Assembly (NCBI GenBank): GCA_024644015.1
Contig: JAHELV010000004.1
Span: 45,703-109,702 of the forward strand
Source of the DNA: Nitriliruptorales bacterium
GTDB taxonomy: Bacteria > Actinomycetota > Nitriliruptoria > Euzebyales > JAHELV01
Direction: 5' to 3'
Length of the DNA stretch: 64,000 bases
A model generated the notes under the pieces. That model searched no databases and was not told the origin of the DNA. It worked only from the letters and a program-made list of their open reading frames with translations. Position numbers and translations under genes: made by a program. Shown here one piece after another: positions 8,433-17,705 of this stretch; position 1 is the stretch's first letter, and every line of letters starts with the position of its first letter.

Positions 8433-10217
8433 TCAGCGGGTCTGACGCATCCATGCGACGCCGTACGGCTCGAGCACGAACGACACCCGACCGTGCGCGT
8501 CGACCGTCGTGGTCCGCGACGGGTCGATGAGGTCGGTCAGCGCTCCACGGACCGTCACACCATCGCCGGCCGATGCCTCGAACCTCTGACGACGCCCCGT
8601 GACATTGTGGACACACAGCACGTGGCTGGATTCGTCCATGGCGCTGCGTTCGTACGCAAGTAGCGGACGCGGCGACGACACGAGCCGCTGCGCACCCGAC
8701 GGGTGGAAGGCCGGCTCGCGGGTGCGCACGGCGATTCGTTCGAGCAGCGATCCGAACGCCTGGTGGCGCATCGACGACGGGTCGTCGAGTTCGGACTCCA
8801 ACGTCGCGCGCTCGAACTTCTGGCGATTGATGGTGCGCAGGCGCTTGGTCTGGCGCACACCGTCGTACCAGTTGCGGCTACCGAGCAGGGCGTGCACGTA
8901 GATGGCCGGCATCCCCGCGAGCGACAGCAGGATCGACTGCGCGGCGAGGTGGCGCTGCAGCAGGCGGCGGGGGGACTCGGCCGTCTCGACCGGGTTCAAC
9001 GCGTCGAAGAACACGGTGTTGAGCTCGTACGGCGACTGCGTGCCGTCCGGCTGCGAGCGGTACGACACCCCGCCGCCGTGCTCCCGTGCGAGGTCGCACA
9101 GGTGCGTGATCTCGGCGGGGGTCAACAGGCCCTCGGCCGGTCGGAGTCCGATGCCGTCGTGACAACCGAGGAAGTTGAAGAACGTCGTCTCCGACGACGG
9201 TGTCGAGATCGTCGTCAACCACTCCTGCAGCTGAGACGTGTCGGCCAGGTGGAAAGCGGACAGCGTCAATGGCGCCAGCGGGAACTGGTAGACCATGTGC
9301 GCCTCGTCATCGCCCGCGCCGAAGTACGACACGTTCTCATCGTGCGGGACGTTGGTCTCGGTCAGCAGCAGGGTGCCCGGCGCAACAGCGTCGAACATCG
9401 TGCGCCACAGCCGTATGATCTCATGCGTCTGCGGAAGATGGATGCACGACGTGCCGAGCGTCTTCCACAGGAACGCGATGGCGTCAAGCCGCAGGACGCT
9501 GGCGCCCTTGGCGACATAGCCCAGCAGCACTTCGCACACCGCGAGCAGCACCTCGGGGTTGGCGTAGTTGAGATCGAACTGGTCGGCGCTGAACGTGCTC
9601 CACACCCACCGCACGCCCGACGCGGTCTCGACCGGCGTCAGCAGCGGTGTCGTCCGGGGCCGGACCACCGAACTGGTGTCGGTATCGGGCGGGAGCTCGA
9701 TGAGGAAGTCGGCGAACGGTGTTGCGCCGCGTCGCCACTCGCGGACCCACGTACCGCGGGCCGAGACGTGGTTGATGACGGCGTCGAGCGTCAGGCGGAA
9801 CTCGTCGGCGAGCGCACTGACGTCGCGCCATGTACCGAGGGCGGGATCGACTGCATCGTAGTCGGCGACCGCGAACCCGTCGTCGGAGGTCGCCGGGTAG
9901 TGCGGCAGCAGGTGGACGCCCGACACGACGCCCGAGACACGCGCCGAGAGGAACTGCTGCAGCGACTGCAGCGGCGGGCGGTCGGGCTCGGTGATCTGGT
10001 CTGCGTACGTGATCAGTGTGACATCACGCTCGTCGAACAGCGCGTCGCGAACGGCGCGGTCGCCGACGGTCCCGACGAACCGCTCGAGCATCCACCACAG
10101 GCGGTCCAGCGTCGCCTCGACCTGCTCGGGCGCGTACAGCACGGTCAGGTGCGCCCGCAGCCGGTCGCGCAGCGCGCGGTCCAAGCGCTCGGGTTGCAGC
10201 GTCACTTGTGCAGACAT
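8433..10217 (-). CDS. Sucrose-phosphorylase-family glycoside phosphorylase (GH13_18); candidate glucosylglycerate phosphorylase
   Basis: LITYADQI, HLLPHYP..SDDGFAVADY, LDAVINHVS, LRLDAIAFLWK, ETNVPHDENVSYFG, FLGCHDGIGLRP. ATG at 10217, preceded by GAAAGG. The longer track ORF start at 10310 was rejected. Confidence 0.8.
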   Translation of the reverse strand: MSAQVTLQPERLDRALRDRLRAHLTVLYAPEQVEATLDRLWWMLERFVGTVGDRAVRDALFDERDVTLITYADQITEPDRPPLQSLQQFLSARVSGVVSGVHLLPHYPATSDDGFAVADYDAVDPALGTWRDVSALADEFRLTLDAVINHVSARGTWVREWRRGATPFADFLIELPPDTDTSSVVRPRTTPLLTPVETASGVRWVWSTFSADQFDLNYANPEVLLAVCEVLLGYVAKGASVLRLDAIAFLWKTLGTSCIHLPQTHEIIRLWRTMFDAVAPGTLLLTETNVPHDENVSYFGAGDDEAHMVYQFPLAPLTLSAFHLADTSQLQEWLTTISTPSSETTFFNFLGCHDGIGLRPAEGLLTPAEITHLCDLAREHGGGVSYRSQPDGTQSPYELNTVFFDALNPVETAESPRRLLQRHLAAQSILLSLAGMPAIYVHALLGSRNWYDGVRQTKRLRTINRQKFERATLESELDDPSSMRHQAFGSLLERIAVRTREPAFHPSGAQRLVSSPRPLLAYERSAMDESSHVLCVHNVTGRRQRFEASAGDGVTVRGALTDLIDPSRTTTVDAHGRVSFVLEPYGVAWMRQTR

Positions 10218-10413
10218 TGCTCGCCTTTCACCAGGCGGCTCATCGGCCGCCCCCGGCCGGATGGCGGGACGGCGGACCCGCCGGCGGGCGGCCCGCCCGG
10301 TGCAGGTCACAGTGAGCCCGGGCCGTTCGGCGTCGTTGCGATCCGGGTAGGCTCGCGTCCGGGCGCCGGGTGCCCATGTTCATCCAGACGTCATCGGCAC
10401 AAGGCGGAGCAGG

Positions 10414-11697
10414 ATGAGTGATCGGGCGACTATTGAGCTTGATGGGGTGACGTTCGACGCGCCCGTCATCGTCGGATCGGAAGGCGAACGTGCGCTCGAC
10501 ATCCGGCGGCTGCGTCTCGACACGGGCCTGGTCACCTACGACCCCGGCTACGGGAACACCGGCAGCGCGCAGAGCGCAATCACCTTCATCGATGGCGAGG
10601 CGGGCGTGCTGCGGTACCGGGGATACCCCATTGAGGAGCTGACGGACGCGAGCTTCCTGGGTGTGTCGTACCTGCTGATCCACGGCGAGCTGCCCACCTC
10701 CGAAGAGCTCGAACGGTTCCGAAGAAACATCACGCTCCACACGCTGCTGCGCGAGGACATGCGACCGTTCTTCGACGCATTCCCGACTGACGCTCATCCG
10801 ATGGCAATCCTCGCGTCGGCCACCAACGCGCTGTCGACGTTCTACCAAGACCACTACGATCCCAGCGATCCTGACGACGTGGAGATCTCGATCTATCGTC
10901 TCATGGCCAAGTTGCCGACCGTCGCGGCCTGGTCATACAAGCGATCGATCGGCCAGCCCTACATCTATCCGAGCAACGAGCTGGGCTACGCCGAGAACTT
11001 CCTGTCCATGATGTTCGCTGTGCCCGCTGAGCCCTACGTCTGCGACCAGGATGTTGCAGACGCGTTGGAATTGCTGCTCATCCTGCACGCGGACCACGAG
11101 CAGAACTGCTCGACCTCAACGGTTCGCATGGTGGGCTCGAGCCACCTGAACCTGTTCGGCTCGATCTCAGCCGGCATCACGGCGCTGTGGGGTCCACGCC
11201 ACGGCGGCGCGAACCAGGACGTCGTGCAGACGCTGATGCAGATCCACGAGTCGGACGACGATGTCAAGGCGTTCGTGGCGCGCGCCAAGGACCCGAAGGA
11301 TCCGTTCCGCCTGCCGGGGTTCGGTCATCGCGTCTACAAGAACTACGACCCCAGGGCGCGCATCATCAAAGAGATCGCTGACCGGGTGGTGGGCAAGCTG
11401 GTTGGCGCCGATCCGCTGTTCGAGGTCGCCCAGCGGCTCGAAGAGGTGGCGCTCAACGACGACTTCTTCGTCGAACGCAAGCTGTATCCGAACGTCGACT
11501 TCTACTCCGGGCTGATCTACCGGTCCATGGGCATCCCGCTGCCCATGTTCCCCGTGCTGTTCGCGCTGGGAAGACTACCGGGCTGGATCGCGCAGTGGAA
11601 AGAGATGACCGAGGATCCGCACACGCGCATCAACCGGCCGCGGCAGGTGTACGTCGGCGCCGGGTACCGAACGTTCGTACCGACCGACGAGCGCTGA
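10414..11697 (+). CDS. gltA: Citrate synthase
   Basis: 427 aa with HADHEQNCSTSTVRMVGSS and GFGHRVYKNYDPRA signatures. Confidence 0.95.
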   Translation: MSDRATIELDGVTFDAPVIVGSEGERALDIRRLRLDTGLVTYDPGYGNTGSAQSAITFIDGEAGVLRYRGYPIEELTDASFLGVSYLLIHGELPTSEELERFRRNITLHTLLREDMRPFFDAFPTDAHPMAILASATNALSTFYQDHYDPSDPDDVEISIYRLMAKLPTVAAWSYKRSIGQPYIYPSNELGYAENFLSMMFAVPAEPYVCDQDVADALELLLILHADHEQNCSTSTVRMVGSSHLNLFGSISAGITALWGPRHGGANQDVVQTLMQIHESDDDVKAFVARAKDPKDPFRLPGFGHRVYKNYDPRARIIKEIADRVVGKLVGADPLFEVAQRLEEVALNDDFFVERKLYPNVDFYSGLIYRSMGIPLPMFPVLFALGRLPGWIAQWKEMTEDPHTRINRPRQVYVGAGYRTFVPTDER

Positions 11698-11729
11698 CCG
11701 ACGGAGAAGCGTGGGCGGCGGGTCTGGCG

Positions 11730-14700
11730 CTATCCGAGCACGCTGCGCAACGCCGACATCGTCACGGAAGCAGGTGCGAGATCCGACGCGTTCTCGTCGT
11801 CTGACATCGCTGCCAGCAGGCCCCAGACCCGCTCCACCTGCATCGTCCGCTCCATGAGCAGCCGTTCGACCGCGTCCTCCCCGGCAGCGTCGGGAGCCAG
11901 ATCCATGGCTTGACGGGAGACCAGCCGGCGGAAGCCGTGCAACTCGTCGAGCAACGTCTTCTGTTCCCACTGCTGCCAGCGGCCCTCGGGCACGATGCGC
12001 TCGATCTGTTCCTGCACACGCTCCAGCGGAAGTTCGCGGCCGACCTGAACGAACGCTGCGGCGACCTGCTCGACGTCACGACCACGTTCGTCAGCGACGT
12101 CCGCAACGTCGGGAACATACGCAAGGTCAGGTCGTTGGACGATTCGCCACGCCGTTCGCTCATCGACTCCCGCCTCGACCACTGCATCGACCAGCTCCCG
12201 GCGCTGTGCCGCGACCCCGGGTGGCGGATCGCTGGGCCACACGTGCTCGAGCTCGACGAACGCGTGCCGGTCCCGCTCGATACGCGACCGAAGATCGTCA
12301 GCCAGCCGCTGCGAGGCGTACCGCCGCGTGTACATCCCGACCAGGCTGTCGATCGGCTGCTTGAGCTGCAGCTGCAGGCCGGGATCCAGCATCCTGTCGA
12401 ACGACTCGATGCGCTGCCAGTCGCTCGCGGCGTCGCTGACCTGCCGGGCGATCCAGTAGGCGCCGGCGATCCGCGCCGGTCCGCAGCCCAGCTGATGCAC
12501 GGTCCGACTGACCGATGTGATCCCCAGGTGGTTGATCAGGTCGTTGGCGAGCAGCATCGCAATCAGCTCGTCGCGGAGACGATGAGCGCCGACCAGCGAC
12601 CCGAAACGCTCGGTGATGGCCGACGGGAAGTAGTGTTCGATCAGCTCGGCCAGCGCGGCCTGCGACGGCAGCTCGCTGTCGGCGAGGCGCGCGGCGAGGT
12701 CCGATTTGGCGTAGCCGACCAGCAGCCCCAGCTCGGGACGTGTCATGCCTCCACCGGCATGTGCCCGGCGTGCGATCTCATCACTGTCCGGCAGCGCCTC
12801 GACCACGCGATCGAGGCGGCCCGCCGTCTCGAGATCGACCATCAGCTGTTCGTAGCTGTCGAGCTCGGCCGCACTGTTGGCCCACTCCTCGCTGATCAGC
12901 CGCGTCTGGGCGCCGACGTCGGCGAGCACACGCTCGGCGATGCCGTCGGTGACCTCGGCCAGCACGGCGTCGCGCTCGTCGCGCTCGAGCGCGCCCGCAC
13001 TGATCGCCTGGCCGAGCAGGATCTTGAGGTTGACCTCCCGATCCGACGTGTCGACGCCGGCCGCGTTGTCGATCGCATCGAGGTTGATGCGACCACCCCT
13101 CCGTGCGTACTGCATGCGCCCGCGCTGGGTGACCGCGAGGTTCCCGCCCTCACCGATGACCCTGGCGCCGACCTCGTCGCCGTTGATGCGTACGGCGTCG
13201 TTCGCCCGGTCGCCAACATCGGCATCTCGTTCTGACGACGCCTTGACGAAGGTGCCGATGCCGCCGGCGAACAACAGATCGGTGGGTGCGCGGAGCAGCG
13301 CGCGGATCAGCTCAGGTGGCGTCAGCGACGCCTCATCCGTTCGTACCAGGTCGCGCACCTCGTCGGTGAGCTCGATGCGCTTGGAGGACCGCGACCACAC
13401 GCCGCCACCAGGACTGAGCCGGTCCCGGTCGTAGTCCTGCCAGGTGGCCCGTGGCAGGTCGAACAGGCGCTGGCGCTCGTCGAAGGCTGTCTCGGGATCC
13501 GGGTCGGGGTCGATCATGATGTCGCGGTGGTCGAACGCGGCGACCAGTCTGACCGCCCTGCTCTGCAACAGCCCGTTGCCGAACACGTCGCCCGACATGT
13601 CACCGATGCCCACGATGGAGATCGGCTCCGTCTGCACGTCGATGCCCAGCTCGCGGAAGTGGTGGGTCACGGCGACCCACGCGCCGCGCGCAGTGATGCC
13701 CATCTGCTTGTGGTCGTACCCGGACGACCCACCGGACGCGAACGCGTCGCCGAGCCAGTATCCGTACTCGTGGCTGATCGCGTTGGCGACGTCGGACAAC
13801 GCCGCCGTTCCGCGATCCGCCGCCACCACGAGGTACGTGTCCTCGCCGTCGTGACAGCGCACGTCATCGGGATGCTGCACTCCGCTGTCCACGATGTTGT
13901 CGGTCACATCGAACAGCCCACGGATGAAGGCCTCGTACTGCCGGCGGACCTCGGCCGCGACCTGGTCATCCGGCACGGGGTGCTTGAGTACGAACCCGCC
14001 TTTGGAGCCCGTGGGCACGATCAGCGCGTTCTTCACCATCTGGGCCTTCATGAGACCCAGCACTTCGGTGCGGAAGTCCTCCTGCCGGTCGCTCCACCGC
14101 ACTCCCCCGCGCGCGACCGGGCCACCGCGGAGGTGGATGCCTTCCATCTGCGGGCTGTAGACGAAGATCTCCCGGTACGGCACCGGCTTCGGCAGGTCAG
14201 GGATCATCGACGAGTCGAACTTCAGGGCGATCTGCGGTGGTCTGGGTGTGCGGTAGCGGTTGGTGCGCGCTGTGGCGTCGATCATCTCCAGGTAGCCACG
14301 CAGGATCCGGTCCTGGTCGAGGCGACTGACCTCTTCGAGCTTGGAGAGCAACCAGCCGCGACTGTCGGTGATGCGGTCCTCGGAGTCCGGAATGCCCGGC
14401 CGGAACCGCGCCACGAAGTACTCCATCAACGCGCGTGCGATCTCGGGGTGCTCGCACAGCGCGTCGTTCTGGAACTGCTCGGTGAACCTCGTGCCGATCT
14501 GGCGGCGATACCGCCGGTAGGCGCGAATCACCGCGACGTCCCGCCAGTGCAGCCCGGCGAGCAGCACCAGTTGGTTCAACGAGTCGGCCCCGGCAGCACC
14601 CGCCCAGATCGCCGCCGCCGCGCCCGCAAGCCGGCGCCCGTCGTCGCCGACGTGAAAGTCGGTGTCCACGGTGAGCCGGACCCCGTAGTCGTGGATGCGG

Positions 14701-16487
14701 TACTCGGTCGCGGTGTCGTCGTCAGGGGTCGCGCCGTTGCCTGCGCCGTGCAACACGTGTGGCACGGACTCGATCACCACGAGCCCGAGGCTCTCGAGGA
14801 TCGGCACGAAGCGGGACAGCTCGACCGCGGGCCCTCGTCGATACAGCTTGAAGCGCAGGCTGGGCGTCGGAGCGGTGGCAGGCGACCGGTCGCGGAACTC
14901 CACACGCATGCGGACATCGCTGTCACCAGCGGCCAGCGCCGCGAGCTCGTAGCAATCGACAACCGCCTCGGCAGGATCGACGCTGTCGCGGTAGGTCGGC
15001 GCCAGGCGCTCGACCCAGCGGCGCACCGCCTCGCCGTCGTCGCCGGACTCGGCGACCACGAGCACCCGCTCGGCCCACGTCCGGCTCAGCGCGCCGATCG
15101 CCTCGCGCAGTTGCCGCGTCACGGCCGGCAGGTCGGCGTCGGTCCACCGGCCGAGCTGCAGCACATACGTGAGCAACGCCTGGTCCTCGTGGAAGCCGAC
15201 GAACGGCTCCACGACGACGCATTCGAGACAGTCGGCGATCTGCTCATCGATCTGCCGCCGAAGCGCGGCGTCGAACCGCGCACGCGACAATGCGACGACC
15301 ACCACGACCGCGGCAGACGGCTCGTGCGCCCACGCGACGACGCGGACAGCGGCCCGTTCGTCGCGAACCAACGTGTCGTAGACGTCGGCCAGACCCGGGG
15401 AGCCCGCCGTGAACAGCGCGTCCTTCGGCAGCGCCTCGAGCACCGACCGCAGCGTTCGCTCGTCGTGGGAGTTGGCCACGACGTCCTCGCCGGCCGCCAC
15501 CTCGTCGACCCACCGCCGCAGGACCGGAATCGTGGTCACCGGCTCTGCCGTCGCCTTCTTGGCGAACAGTCCCACCAGCCTGCGCAGCGGCGGGGGCTCC
15601 ATCCCCGGTACCCGCACGACCACATCGATCATGCGCTCGTGACGGTGCACGGTGCTACGGCGGTGTGTCAGCGACACCGCCAGGGGTGGGCCGTCGGCGG
15701 GCACCGGGCCGGCGGCGGTCGCGGACCGTGCCTGCCCGTCCACGCCCACCTGCGCGAAGAGGCCGAGCGCACTCGACGGCAGCGGCGTGAGCGCGCCGCC
15801 CTCGTCGGCGTAGTCGATGGCACCCAGGAAGACGAAGTGGTCGTCGAGCAGCCAGCGCAGCAGCGCGGCAGCCTCTTCGGCATCCGGAGAACCGGGATCG
15901 AGGGCGTCGAGAGCCTCGATCACGTCGTTCGCGCGACCACACATGGCCGCGAAATCGCCGGTCACACGCTGTACGTCGTCGAGGACGGTCCGCAGCGACG
16001 CCGTGAGGTCGCTGATCTCATCGCCATCGAGCCGGCGACCCAACTCGATGTGGATCCAGGTCTGCAACTCGTCGGCACCGCGCGCAGGGCGCAGCCGTGC
16101 GATCTTCCCGTCACCGTCGCGCTGGACGCCGAACTCGGGATAGGCATGGCTGGCCATCGTCATGCCGGAGCGTTCGAGGTGACCAGCGATCGAGGACATG
16201 AGGAAAGGAGCGTCTTCGATGACGACCGCGATCATCGTTCCGCCGACACCGTCCGGGTTGTAGACCTCCAGGGCGAGCGCTCCGGGCGGGCGCCGTGCGA
16301 TCAGCCGGGCGCCTTCGGCCACGACGGCCGCGCGTGTGTCGGGATCGCTCGGAAGGCCGAATGGATGGCGTCGGACGACGGTGCGCGCGAGGTCGGCACC
16401 CACCGGACGGAGGGATCCGTCGAGCCGCGCCGCGACCCGATCGGCCACGTCATCGGGCTGCAACTCCTCGCCCGCCATCTGCCTCAT
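11730..16487 (-). CDS. Large NAD-specific glutamate dehydrogenase (L180 class, ~1585 aa)
   Basis: The size and the catalytic-core region (GGVRWSDR..., PTGSKGGFV, VVAADRGTA, GITARGAW) match the bacterial NAD-GDH family. The ATG at 16487 overlaps the upstream stop as ATGA. Confidence 0.9.
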   Translation of the reverse strand: MRQMAGEELQPDDVADRVAARLDGSLRPVGADLARTVVRRHPFGLPSDPDTRAAVVAEGARLIARRPPGALALEVYNPDGVGGTMIAVVIEDAPFLMSSIAGHLERSGMTMASHAYPEFGVQRDGDGKIARLRPARGADELQTWIHIELGRRLDGDEISDLTASLRTVLDDVQRVTGDFAAMCGRANDVIEALDALDPGSPDAEEAAALLRWLLDDHFVFLGAIDYADEGGALTPLPSSALGLFAQVGVDGQARSATAAGPVPADGPPLAVSLTHRRSTVHRHERMIDVVVRVPGMEPPPLRRLVGLFAKKATAEPVTTIPVLRRWVDEVAAGEDVVANSHDERTLRSVLEALPKDALFTAGSPGLADVYDTLVRDERAAVRVVAWAHEPSAAVVVVVALSRARFDAALRRQIDEQIADCLECVVVEPFVGFHEDQALLTYVLQLGRWTDADLPAVTRQLREAIGALSRTWAERVLVVAESGDDGEAVRRWVERLAPTYRDSVDPAEAVVDCYELAALAAGDSDVRMRVEFRDRSPATAPTPSLRFKLYRRGPAVELSRFVPILESLGLVVIESVPHVLHGAGNGATPDDDTATEYRIHDYGVRLTVDTDFHVGDDGRRLAGAAAAIWAGAAGADSLNQLVLLAGLHWRDVAVIRAYRRYRRQIGTRFTEQFQNDALCEHPEIARALMEYFVARFRPGIPDSEDRITDSRGWLLSKLEEVSRLDQDRILRGYLEMIDATARTNRYRTPRPPQIALKFDSSMIPDLPKPVPYREIFVYSPQMEGIHLRGGPVARGGVRWSDRQEDFRTEVLGLMKAQMVKNALIVPTGSKGGFVLKHPVPDDQVAAEVRRQYEAFIRGLFDVTDNIVDSGVQHPDDVRCHDGEDTYLVVAADRGTAALSDVANAISHEYGYWLGDAFASGGSSGYDHKQMGITARGAWVAVTHHFRELGIDVQTEPISIVGIGDMSGDVFGNGLLQSRAVRLVAAFDHRDIMIDPDPDPETAFDERQRLFDLPRATWQDYDRDRLSPGGGVWSRSSKRIELTDEVRDLVRTDEASLTPPELIRALLRAPTDLLFAGGIGTFVKASSERDADVGDRANDAVRINGDEVGARVIGEGGNLAVTQRGRMQYARRGGRINLDAIDNAAGVDTSDREVNLKILLGQAISAGALERDERDAVLAEVTDGIAERVLADVGAQTRLISEEWANSAAELDSYEQLMVDLETAGRLDRVVEALPDSDEIARRAHAGGGMTRPELGLLVGYAKSDLAARLADSELPSQAALAELIEHYFPSAITERFGSLVGAHRLRDELIAMLLANDLINHLGITSVSRTVHQLGCGPARIAGAYWIARQVSDAASDWQRIESFDRMLDPGLQLQLKQPIDSLVGMYTRRYASQRLADDLRSRIERDRHAFVELEHVWPSDPPPGVAAQRRELVDAVVEAGVDERTAWRIVQRPDLAYVPDVADVADERGRDVEQVAAAFVQVGRELPLERVQEQIERIVPEGRWQQWEQKTLLDELHGFRRLVSRQAMDLAPDAAGEDAVERLLMERTMQVERVWGLLAAMSDDENASDLAPASVTMSALRSVLG

Positions 16488-16897
16488 CGGTCTGCCACGA
16501 ACGACGCGTGGATGTGCCGGTCGGGGTTGTCGGTATTGGGATCCACGAGCACGATCGACTGCCACGTCCCCAGCACAGGCGCGCCCGCGACGACCGGAAG
16601 GGTCAACGACGGGGAGACGAAGAGCGGCAGCACATGGTCTCCGCCGTGGCCGGGACTGCCGTGCCGATGGCGGTATGTGTCATCGGTCGACGGCAGCAGC
16701 CGGCGCAGAACTGTCTGCACGTCGGCTTCGCTGCCCGAACCCGTCTCCATCAACCCCAGCCCAGCGGTCGCATGCAGCGCAAGAAGGTTGCACAGGCCAT
16801 CACCGCGTCCCCGCAGCCATCCGACGACCTCGGCGGTGATGTCGATGACTGCGAACTGATCACCGGTCGTGATCAGGAACGTTGTGGAGTCCATCAT
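16484..16897 (-). CDS. YjbQ/UPF0047 family protein (secondary thiamine-phosphate synthase-like)
   Basis: 137 aa starting MMDSTTFLITTGDQFAVIDIT..., with HGGDHVLP and GTWQSIVLVD... It is the 3' part of track ORF 16484..17356. Its stop is coupled to the GDH start. Confidence 0.8.
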   Translation of the reverse strand: MMDSTTFLITTGDQFAVIDITAEVVGWLRGRGDGLCNLLALHATAGLGLMETGSGSEADVQTVLRRLLPSTDDTYRHRHGSPGHGGDHVLPLFVSPSLTLPVVAGAPVLGTWQSIVLVDPNTDNPDRHIHASFVADR

Positions 16898-17699
16898 GAG
16901 CCTTGTACCACGGCCCGGACACCGCCACACCGACGTTGTCACCGGCACCTCCGCGCCGCGCCTGCTCGAGCAGTGCACCGGCCGCACGGCGGGGATCATC
17001 GCTGTCGGCGACGGCGTCTGCGACGGCCGCCGCGGCCGATGGGGCGGCCCCGAGGAAGTCGGTGTACCCGTCGGTGGCGAGCACAACCCACGCCGCCGCC
17101 GGTATTCGCTTCCGGCCTCGTGCGAGGCTTCGGCGCATGGCCGCGGCATCCAGGCGGTCCCCGAGAAACCAGCGTGTGCGTGCGGTCGGCCTCCACGCCC
17201 GGCCCTCGTCGACGATGAACAGCGTCGAGTCACCGATGCCCAACCACTGCAGCCCTGTGGGCGTGCGCAGTGCAACGACGAGCGTCGTACGGGACCGGTC
17301 ATCTTTCGACCTGGCGCCAACGGCAACCTGCCGCTCGACCCGCAGCGCGACGGCAATCAGCTCGTCGTCTGTGAGATCAGCCGGTCGCGGGTCGGCGCCG
17401 AGCAGCTCGATGACCGCCTGCACGGCACGATGCGACGCCGCGAGGCCGTTGTGGCCGTCAGCGACGACCAGCAGCTGTGCACGCCCGCCGGCGACTCCAC
17501 CCACCGCGTCCTCGTTCGGGTCGATGCATGGGTACCGCTTGGGTCGCCAGCCTCGTGCGATGCCGACCGCGACGGTGCCGTCCGCACTGGCGGCCGTCGC
17601 TGCGGCTGCCTGGCCGACGTGATCGCGACCAAGGAGCACGACGTGACGAGCGTCGGCGGCAGAGGGGTCGGCGATGCGATCTGCATCTCGGGGCATCAT
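16860..17699 (-). CDS. PP2C-family Ser/Thr protein phosphatase
   Basis: Metal-binding motif series NEDA, VVADGHNG, IGDS, LATDGYTD, GAGDNVGV. The 3' end overlaps the yjbQ start by 38 nt. Confidence 0.8.
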   Translation of the reverse strand: MMPRDADRIADPSAADARHVVLLGRDHVGQAAAATAASADGTVAVGIARGWRPKRYPCIDPNEDAVGGVAGGRAQLLVVADGHNGLAASHRAVQAVIELLGADPRPADLTDDELIAVALRVERQVAVGARSKDDRSRTTLVVALRTPTGLQWLGIGDSTLFIVDEGRAWRPTARTRWFLGDRLDAAAMRRSLARGRKRIPAAAWVVLATDGYTDFLGAAPSAAAAVADAVADSDDPRRAAGALLEQARRGGAGDNVGVAVSGPWYKAHDGLHNVPDHDR

Positions 17700-17705
17700 G
17701 GGGTC

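Noticed and set aside
13527-16859. 1110-aa plus-strand ORF, one of the longest in the track
   Set aside because: It is entirely antisense to the NAD-GDH, yjbQ and PP2C genes, which have clear family motifs. Its translation is Arg/Pro/Gly/His-rich low complexity with no motif. This is the typical stop-poor antisense frame of GC-rich DNA.
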